The notes under the pieces were generated by a model. That model searched no databases. It worked only from the letters and a program-made list of their open reading frames with translations, and was not told where the DNA came from. Positions 25,807 to 34,513 of a DNA stretch of 64,000 bases are shown here, piece after piece. Numbering within the stretch: the first letter of the stretch is position 1; every line of letters starts with the position of its first letter. The translations under genes and the position numbers were made by a program. Origin of the DNA: Callorhinchus milii (taxonomy: Eukaryota); contig NW_024704743.1 of NCBI RefSeq assembly GCF_018977255.1, positions 97,342,001 to 97,406,000 of the forward strand. Reading direction: 5' to 3'.

Positions 25807-25816
25807 ATGGTGCTGA
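25807..25816 (+). CDS. LRRC6: LRRC6/DNAAF11 exon 1 (MVL+A, 10 nt)
   Basis: ATG GTG CTG A followed by gtgagt donor; phase 1 joins exon 2 to give MVLITEDLVR (human MGWITEDLIR). Confidence 0.9.
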
Positions 25817-25899
25817 GTGAGTGTGAGCGGCACAGCAGTTCAGTGACGATGTAAACACAGCTCCGAGATGTTACAGCAATATTATTGTCAAGTAAATTA

Positions 25900-26320
25900 G
25901 AGAGAAATAATGAGACAACTTAAAGAGAGAAATAGAAAGAAATATATATCTATAGAGAGAGAATAATGGAGAAAGAAATAGAGGGAGTGAGTGAGAAAGA
26001 ATCAGAGGAGAAATAAAGAGAATAGATGGCGTAATGGAGCGAGAAATAAAGACAGAAAGAAACATTTGAGAGAGAAATAAGAGATAGAGTGAGTGAAATT
26101 GAGAAGGAGAAATAGAGAGCGTGTGGGGAGGGAGAAAAATAGAGAGAGGGGATGAGATATAATCATACAATAATGTAGTTGTGATTTAATGGAAGAATAT
26201 AATCAAGAATATAGAATAGAGATTGTGTGTGAGGGAGAAATAGCGAAAGAACAATTAAAATTGAAATCGAGAAACGGAGAGTGAATCAGAGAAACAGAAG
26301 GAGAGTGTGTGAGAGAGGTC
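25900..26320 (+). repeat. Purine-rich (GA/GAAATA) low-complexity tract in LRRC6 intron 1
   Basis: Strong purine bias with recurring gagagaaata. Confidence 0.8.
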
Positions 26321-26408
26321 ATCACCAGGTAATCACCAGGTCAAGGGGTGGCCATGGACGTGGGTGGCAGAGTGGATGCAGAGGGAGAGGTTGTGTGAGG
26401 AGAGAGAA

Positions 26409-27442
26409 CAACAAGATTTAATTTTCATTTCATTTATAGAGCGCCTTTCACGTCGGGAGGACGTCCCAAGGCGTTGGACAGTTGGGTCAGGATCCGAGCA
26501 GGGGGGACATGGTCAGGGTGAGGGGAGGGGAGGGAGGGAGCGAGGAGGGGGTAGAGAGTCGAGAGGGGAGCTGAAGGCTCGGTCAAAGAGAAAGGTCTTG
26601 AGACCGGCCTTGAAGGGAGGAGTAGGAGGGAGGAGGTGGCGAAGGCACTGGGGGATGGAGTTCCAGAGCCTCGGGGCTGAGAGGCTGAAGGCCCGGCCAC
26701 CAATGGTAGGGCGGTTGGGGCGGGGGATGTGGAGCAGACCGGAGCCAGAGGAACGGAGGGTACGGGCAGGTAAGTAGGGGGATAGTAGGTCGGAGAGGTA
26801 GAAGGGAGAAAGGCCGTGAATGACCTTGTAGGTGAGGATGAGGATCTTGAATTCGATCCTCTGGGGGATGGGGAGCCAGTGGAGGCGAGCGAGGGTGGGA
26901 GTGATGTGGTCCCGAAGCCTGGTGCGGGACAGTACATGAGCTGCAGAGTTCTGAATGACCTGCAGCTTGTGGAGGAGTGCCGGGAAGGCCGGCGAGGAGA
27001 GCGTTCCATATCAGCTTGAGGTGATAAAGGCGTGGACCAGAGTTTCAGCAGCGTGAGGGGTGAGGTAGTGCTGTAGTCTGGCGATGTTTCGGAAGTGATG
27101 GAAGGTGGTGCCGGTTGTAGCGCGGATGTGGGGAAGAAAGGACAGCTCAGGGTCGAACAGAACGCCGAGGTTCCTGTTTGGCTTTGAGAGGTGGAGAGTG
27201 GAGCCTTGGATGCTGATGCTGTCAGCGCCTGAGGTGCAGAGGCGCTGACGCGAGCCAATCAGGAGGGCCTCGGTTTTGCGCACGTTGAGCTGAAAAAAGT
27301 TGTCGTGGAGTTGAGGGTAGAGGAGGAAAGGAAGAGTTGGGTGTCATCGGCATACATGTGGAAGTTAACCCCATGTCTGCGGATGATGTCACCAAGGGGG
27401 AGATATAGAGGGTGAAGAGGAGGGGACCGAGGACAGAGCCCT
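26409..27442 (-). mobile_element. Young L2 LINE 3' fragment with 5-bp TSD (GAGAA), same subfamily as the 41.3-kb copy
   Basis: HMYADDTQL to tail; GAGAA at 26404-26408 and 27443-27447; empty site visible near 29390 and 31230. Confidence 0.92.
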
Positions 27443-27534
27443 GAGAAGTCAGTGGAGACAGAGCAAGAGGCGCTACATTTCCTTGGACCCAGAAGCTGTA
27501 GTGGTTTAAGTGTTGTCAATTCTGATGCTCTAAT

Positions 27535-27654
27535 GCCTACGGCCATACTACCCTGAACACGCCCGATCTCGTCTGATCTCGGAAGCTAAGCAGGGTCAGG
27601 CCTGGTTAGTACTTGGATGGGAGACCGCCTGGGAATACCAGGTGCTGTAGGCTT
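27535..27654 (+). rRNA. 5S rRNA gene copy B (LRRC6 intron 1)
   Basis: Full 120 nt with intact box A (AGCTAAGC), intermediate element and box C; T5 terminator; TTTAA at -30. Confidence 0.97.
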
Positions 27655-28202
27655 TTTCTTTCAACCAACACCAGACATGGAGAAAAACTCATTTTCAACC
27701 CACATACAACATTTCTTTTCATTTAAGCTGGAATTCCAGTCAAATTCACTTCATATCATGATGAGCGTTGGCTCAATTCTGACCTTACATTATCCAATAT
27801 GTCACCTTCAAGCCAGTTCAACTCCAAGGTGACCCCACTTACCTCTCCCGCCCCCCCCAGGTGGATATATCTGGTTTGGATACTCTGAAGTATGGCAGTG
27901 GGTTTCTACAGATGACGGACAACCTACGGACCAAAAAATATGTCATTGATTCCTTGTGGTTTGGTTGTTTAGTCCGAATTTTAAAAAAATTGTCACAAGA
28001 AACTTTATGTATGAGTTTTGATAGTCAAGAATCTTATTTAATCCTCCATCTCTGCATCTATTAAACTCACAAACATTGTGATTTGTTTAGCACATTGAAT
28101 GCAAACTTTAGGTCCTATTGTCCTGTTCTCAATCACAAAATGGAAATCAAATGCAAATATTCTGTGTAACTCATGAAGTGTTGTAAATTGTGATGCTCCA
28201 AT

Positions 28203-28275
28203 GTCTATGGCCATACTATCTTGAACACGCCCAATCTCGTCTGATCTCGAAAGCTAAGCGGGAGGGTCAGGCCTG
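28203..28275 (+). pseudogene. 3'-truncated 5S pseudogene, mirror copy of 24222..24294
   Basis: Same substitutions, insertion and breakpoint as the minus-strand copy. Confidence 0.9.
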
Positions 28276-29415
28276 TTCTGTGAGTAGGGGGCAAAGGGGT
28301 GGAGCTGGTGCGGAGGCTGAAGGAGAAGCTGTTTGTGGAGACAAAGTGGAGACGGTTTGAGAGATAGGATCTGAACAAGGACAGAACCATGAAGATTGAG
28401 GTGAGAGGAGAGATGGTGGAGGAGTTTGGAAAGGAAAGGGAAGTTGGAGATGGGCCCAGGGAAGGTTTTTTGAGGACAGGGGTGATACCGGCTTTTTGTA
28501 AGGCGGTGGTAATGGTGCCAGTGGACAGGGAGAGGTTGATGATGTCGGTGAATGAAGCAAAGAGATGGAGCTGGGAGGTAAGGAGAGGGGTATCGATGCG
28601 ATCAAGGGAGCAGGTGATGGGTTTCATGTGGATTATAATGTGTTGCGAGAGGGGAAGACAGGTTAGAAGGTGTGGAGGAAGGGATGTGGAAGTGCTCGCG
28701 GTTGGGAGGGCAAAGGCAGCTGAGTGGATCCTCTTGATTTTGGTTTTGAGGAAGTCCAGCATTTCCTGGCTGTTGGCATTGGAGGCGAGATGGGCGAGGA
28801 GTTAGAAGGTTGGTGGTGGAGACGAGAAGCCTGGGGTTGTCCTTGGCCTCCAAGATTATTTTGGACCAGAAGGATGATTTGCTGGAGGTGACGGCAGAGG
28901 CGGTATGTTTTGATGTGGTCCAGCCAGATCCGTCAACGGACCATTACATTCGATTTGAGCCACGGGCGTTGGGTGGCAACACGTGTGACTTGAGGGAGTG
29001 GAGGTGGCTGGTGTACCAGGGTGGGTTGTGTGAGTAGGAGGTGGTTCGGGAGGTGAGGAGAGGGCGCAAGGGGTTCGAGAGTGGTGGAGAGGGGATTGTG
29101 GAGGAGAGTGATCAAGGTGGATCCGTCTGTGCAGGTGGAAGCCCAGAGGGGACGAATTCAGATGACTCCAGGGCAGCAGAGAGGGAGTGCTGGGAGATTT
29201 ATTTCCTGTTGCAGAAGGAGATGGATTGTGTGGTGATGGTGGAGTTACGTAAGATAAGATAAAGTAATGGTCCAAGATGGCTCTGTCGGTGATGGTGAGG
29301 TCCGAGATCCTGAGGCCCCGGCTAATCACCAGGTCAAGGGGGTGGCCATGAACGTGGGTGGATGTAGAGGGAGAGGTTGTTTGAGGAGAGAGAAGTCAGT
29401 GGAGACAGAGCAAGA
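28276..29415 (-). mobile_element. Degenerate internal L2 fragment (end of endonuclease to start of RT) embedded in the 5S repeat unit
   Basis: GHPLDLVISRGL..SD..ITDRAILDHY, DNPRLL, TCSLD.IDTPLL, ITPVLKKPSL; no 3' tail. Confidence 0.85.
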
Positions 29416-29481
29416 GGCGCTACATTTACTTGGACCCAGAAGCTGTAGTGGTTTAAGTGTTGTCAATTCTGATGCTCTAAT

Positions 29482-29601
29482 GCCTACGGCCATACTACCC
29501 TGAACACGCCCGATCTCGTCTGATCTCGGAAGCTAAGCAGGGTCAGGCCTGGTTAGTACTTGGATGGGAGACCGCCTGGGAATACCAGGTGCTGTAGGCT
29601 T
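29482..29601 (+). rRNA. 5S rRNA gene copy C (LRRC6 intron 1)
   Basis: Identical to copy B; T7 terminator; different 3' flank. Confidence 0.97.
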
Positions 29602-30329
29602 TTTTTAATCATTGAGAAAAACTAAACTTAAACCAACATGAAGTGTTTCTTTTCATTTAAGGTGGTATTTGACCTAAATCTTTCTGTATGTTTGTTTGTT
29701 TTTGCTATGAATGAAAGACAAGTTGATAATAAAAAATCTTGCATTTGATATAGCGCTTCATCACGTGTTCGAGACGTCTCAAAGTGCTTCACAGAATATA
29801 TTGTAAAATGAATTGACTGTATATTTTGTGTATATTATAAGTTCCACATCTTATTTCCTCGCTCTTCCTGGCTGAACGTCATGCACGGTCGAAGAGAAGG
29901 ATCTTGAGACGTGCCTTGAAGGAGGCAAGGGAGGGAGGGAATTGAAGGGTTGGAGTACCAAAGTGTGGGGGCGGTGAAGCTGATGGCCCGACCACCGATT
30001 GTTGGGCGAGGAGGACATGGAGCAGGTCGGAATGAGATGGTTCTTCACCTCTATATGTACACCCACAATATGTACACCCACAATATGGCTCCCCCTCACA
30101 GAGTTACCTGGGTGTTCCATCCTCACTGATGAATGCAAATCCCTATAACTATGTGCAATTTGACTAATGAGTTCTTCCACATCAAAAGGCACTACCAATT
30201 GCTATTTAAATTAAACCAAATTGGGAAGCTTCAGTCAATCAGATGTTTATTTTACACCTCTGTGACCTAGGCTGAACCTCTTTGTGTATTCTCTCCTTTG
30301 TTTTATACAGAAAGCTTGAGTAACCACAG

Positions 30330-30570
30330 CTCAGTAAACTTAAGTAAAACTCACTATTCCAGTGAGCGAATAGTGAACCTGTGGACAGGCTCCCTAGGCA
30401 GTCAGTTGAAGCTGGAAGTGTTGATTTTTTCAAATACAGATTAGATAGTGTTCTTTTAGGAAATAACATTGTGGGATATAGTACATATGTGCATGTGACC
30501 GCCAGGAAGATGGAAGATGAACTCGATGGACCTTGGTCTTTTTTCCTCTAGCATTTCTTATGTTCTTATG
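30330..30570 (+). mobile_element. CR1 3' end, same subfamily as 55385..55756
   Basis: Shared tail ggaccttggtcttttt..ctagcatttct.atgttcttatg. Confidence 0.75.
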
Positions 30571-31319
30571 GAATTTCATTGTAGCTTCAATGAAATCCAC
30601 AACTCTCGGAATTAAATCTTAAACAACATGATAAGTATCAACAAACAGCAACTATGAGATAACAAACATTTGTCAAACTAATACTACATATAGCAGCCAC
30701 TTGTAATCAGGTTAATGTAAAAGTGCACAAAGAACCAACCTCTGATTACTGCTCGTCAATAGGCAGAGCACGTACGTTTGTTGTTATCAGGTCAAAAAAT
30801 AGCGACCATGAGCACGTGGCGCTTGTTCTTTTACGGGCATTGAGCCCCTCCCCGAATTAGGGCACCCAATGGGAATTGTAGTGTGTTCTGTGAAGCGCTT
30901 TGGGACGTCCTCCCGACGTGAAAAGCGCTATATCAAATGCAAGGATTATTATTATTATTTATTATTATACTCTATTACCTGATGTAATTAGTGCCTTTTT
31001 ATGGTACAATAAGATTCTCCACTCGGTTGCCCAATAGGAGGACAAGCACCAATCCTTGAATTTCGAGTTTGTGATTGTGGAGTTAAGGAGATTAAGTAAT
31101 GGTCCGAGACGGCGCTGTCAGTGATGGTGATGTCCGAGATAATCATGCCCTGGGTATTCACCAGGTCATGGGGTGGCCATGGACGTGGTGACAGAGTGGA
31201 TGTAGAGGGAGAGGTTGTTTGAGGAGAGAGAAGTCAGTGGAGACAGAGCAAGAGGCGCTACATTTACTTGGACCCAGAAGCTGTAGTGGTTTAAGTGTTG
31301 TCAATTCTGATGCTCGGAT

Positions 31320-31439
31320 GCCTACGGCCATACTACCCTGAACACGCCCGATCTCGTCTGATCTCGGAAGCTAAGCAGGGTCAGGCCTGGTTAGTACTTG
31401 GATGGGAGACCGCCTGGGAATACCAGGTGCTGTAGGCTT
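31320..31439 (+). rRNA. 5S rRNA gene copy D (LRRC6 intron 1)
   Basis: Identical to copies B and C; T5 terminator; same 3' flank as A and B. Confidence 0.97.
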
Positions 31440-32381
31440 TTTCTTTCAACCAACACCAGACATGGAGAAAAACTCAATTTCAACCCACATACAACATTTC
31501 TTTTCATTTAAGCTGGAATTCCAGTCAAATTCACTTCATATCATGATGAGCGTTGGCTCAATTCTGACCTTACATTATCCAATATGTCACCTTCAAGTCA
31601 GTTCAACTCCAAGGTGACCCCACTTACCTCCCCCCCCCCCAAGGTGGATATATCTGGTTTGGATACTCTGAAGTATGGCCGTGGGTTTGTACAGATGACG
31701 GACACCCTACGGACCAAAAAATATGTAATTGTTCCCTTGTGGATCAGTTGTGAAGTCTTAAAACAAAAACAATAATAAATTGGTCATTTTCAATCTATGA
31801 CTGTTTGTGGGACACTGCTGTGCGAAATTGGCTGCCGCGTTCGCCCACACATATACTATACAGTCAATTCACTTTACAGTATATTCTGTGAAGCGCTTTG
31901 AGCCATCTATAAGATGTGAAAAATGCTATATGAAATGCAAGGATTATTATTATTTTTTAAAAAATCAAGAAGCTTTATGTATGAGCTTTGATAGTCAAGA
32001 ATCTTATTTAATCCTCCATCTCAGCATCTATTAAACTCACAAACATTGTGATTTGTTTGGCAAATTGAATGCAAACTTTAGTCCTATTGTCCTGTTCTCA
32101 ATCACAAAATAGAAATCATGTATTATATGTAACTCATCAATGCACTGAAATGTTGTTCAGTATAAATGCAATCACTAATTATAATTTAACTGATTCCACT
32201 GTACAGATCCTAAACTTTTTTATTTACTCACGTTTAATACATTCAACATCCTAAACAATTGTACATGAATTCCTACAGTTAATTACATGGAAAGCATTCT
32301 GAAATGGAAATTCAGTGAAACCTGTTTTCGAATGGCCTTCTGTGCTGTATAATTCTATGATTTTATGATAATGTTTTACAG

Positions 32382-32549
32382 TTACAGAAGATCTGGTGAG
32401 ACAACGATCAGAACACAATAACTGTGAGATATCTACATTAGAAGAAATTTCTTTGCACCAGCAAGATATTGAGAAAATCGAACACATTGACAGATGGTGC
32501 AGAGATCTAAAAATCCTCTATTTCCAAAATAACCTGATTCCTAAACTTG
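32382..32549 (+). CDS. LRRC6: LRRC6 exon 2 (LRR)
   Basis: [56 protein letters not shown]; tacag/gtaagt; 168 nt. Confidence 0.97.
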
Positions 32550-32689
32550 GTAAGTCTGGCTGGTTTACTGAGAAAGTTTATAGAGTGATGCTTTGGATCT
32601 CACCCTAGATTACCCTGAATCGGAGAGTTGTTGGTTTAATCTCCGTGTTTCAATTTGATACTCTAGGGCAGTATAGTGTGCACTCGCTC

Positions 32690-33498
32690 CCTCTCTCACC
32701 GCATTTATGGGCTGTCTCAAGACGTGCCTCTACATCCTCCCCACCTTTCTCAGCTGCCACCCCAGCTCGGGTGCCAGGCCAGTATTGCTAAGCATCTTTG
32801 GACATCCTCCCAATGTGAAAGATGCTTTATAAATGAAAGATTGTATTGTATTGTTCTTGTCCGCTCCCTCTGCTCAGCGGGCTCCAACTTGTTTGTCGGG
32901 CTTCGGCTTGTTTGTCGGCCTCCTCAACTCTTCCCTCCGTAGGCTACAGATCATCCAGAACTCTGCAGCCCGTGCCCTCTCCCGCACCAGGCTCTGTGAC
33001 CTTATCCCCTCCATCCTCGCCCGACTCCACTGGTTTCCTATCACAGAGGATACAGTTCAAGATCTTGATCCTCACGTTCAAAACCCTCCAAGGCCTTGCT
33101 TCCCCCTACCTCTGCAACCTCTTAACCCCCTACCATCCTGCTTACTCCCTATGCTCAGCGGGCTCCGGCGAGCTTCACATCCCCCGCCTCTCTCACCCCA
33201 CTATTGGCGGGCAGGCATTGGGTTAACAATCCTCCTCAAAGATGAAGATAATGCATGGGATCCTACCCTCTGGAACTCCATCCCGCAGTCCCATCACCTC
33301 GCCCCCTCCCTTGCCACCTTCAAATTCCATCTCAAGACCCTTCTCTTCGACGGTGCTTTCGATCCTCCTGCTTCTCCCTGGCCCTCCACCCTCCACGATC
33401 ACAACACCCAGCTCGGGTCTGAAACACTGACTATCCAGCGCTTTTGGACATCCTCCCGACGTGAAAGGAATTATACAAATAAGCATAACTTTGTTGTT
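32690..33498 (+). mobile_element. Rearranged L2 with an internal extra tail, nested in a Deu-domain SINE
   Basis: LQIIQNSAARALSRTRL, two tails; SINE pieces at ~32610-32680 and ~33500-33620. Confidence 0.85.
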
Positions 33499-33850
33499 CA
33501 ATTGGGGGGAGTGTTGCATTATCTTCATCTTTGAGGTGGATTGTTAACCCAAGGTGCCATCTGTCTATTTTCTGTCCGGTGGACGTTAAAGATCCCATGA
33601 CACAATTTGAAAAGAGGCAAAAAGCATTGCTAGATATATTGCATTAGAGCTGAAATGAGCAGATGTTTTGATTAAGATGAAGTTGTATTCCAGCGCCTTG
33701 GTACATGCTCCTGATGGGAAAGGTCCCTATGCAAATGTAATTTGTTGTTGTTGTTATATTATTTATGGCCAAAGTTGCAATAAAAAATCTGCCCTCACTT
33801 AGACCCAGAAGCTGTAGTGGTTTAAGTGTTGTTAATTGTGATGCTCCAAT

Positions 33851-33970
33851 GTCTACGGTCATACTACCCTGAACACGCCCGATCTCGTCTGATCTCGGAA
33901 GCGAAGCAGGGTCAGGCCTGGTTAGTACTTGGATGGGAGACCGCCTGGGAATGCCAGGTGCTGTAGGCTT
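33851..33970 (+). rRNA. 5S rRNA gene copy E, variant (LRRC6 intron 2)
   Basis: 120 nt; differs from B by C2T, C9T, T53G, A103G; T4 terminator; conserved ~50-bp upstream flank. Confidence 0.92.
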
Positions 33971-34435
33971 TTACCAACACTAATTTATTTATTTTAATTT
34001 CAATTAAAATCATATATTTTAATCTGTGGAATTTTAACAGTTGAAAACAAAAAAGGATCACCAATAGGTGTTGGAAAACAGAAATATTTGTTCATTTTGG
34101 AGATGGCTAGATTCTGCACTACTTGGTAAGCAGTATAATTCAACACAATTCAGACATTTCACCAAAAGTTGCGCTATTGTGGACTAAATACTCTTCTCAC
34201 CATCAACATTGCATAATTAAAAAAGCACATTGATTTAAAAATATTACTATAGATTTTACATAACTTTTCTCCTCTCTCCTAAAGGCTTTGATTCCATTTT
34301 TGCACTTTGCTGCGAGTACATTTCTATGGTTGTAAATTAGTTTCCTGTACTTCACCTAATGGATTTGAGCTTTGATAATTTCTTAGGTGACACAGTTGAC
34401 TGCCTTATGTTATTAGGATTTTGTTTATTTTACAG

Positions 34436-34513
34436 AGAATCTTGGTAAATTGAAGAAACTAGAATACCTCAATCTAGCTTTAAACAACATCGAGTGCATA
34501 GAAAATTTAGAAG
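34436..34513 (+). CDS. LRRC6: LRRC6 exon 3 (LRR)
   Basis: [26 protein letters not shown]; tacag/gtaagt; 78 nt. Confidence 0.97.

Noticed and set aside
24660..25808. 382-aa minus-strand ORF with mucin-like PITVTPTN repeats, and overlapping plus-strand ORFs
   Set aside because: Translation of the minisatellite; unit-length variation shifts frames, it crosses an N gap, and it is antisense to the LRRC6 promoter
25871..26170. Hydrophobic 99-aa minus-strand ORF
   Set aside because: Translation of the pyrimidine strand of the GA-rich low-complexity tract
27617..28064. Repeated small ORFs (MGDRLGIPGAVG..., MDISGLDTLKY...) at 22.9, 27.6 and 31.4 kb
   Set aside because: Incidental translations of the 5S gene and its duplicated spacer; no coding evidence
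27535..33970. 5S copies as retropseudogenes or SINE3 heads
   Set aside because: Shared upstream flanks, T-run terminators directly after nt 120, no poly(A) or TSD, and no SINE body after the full-length copies
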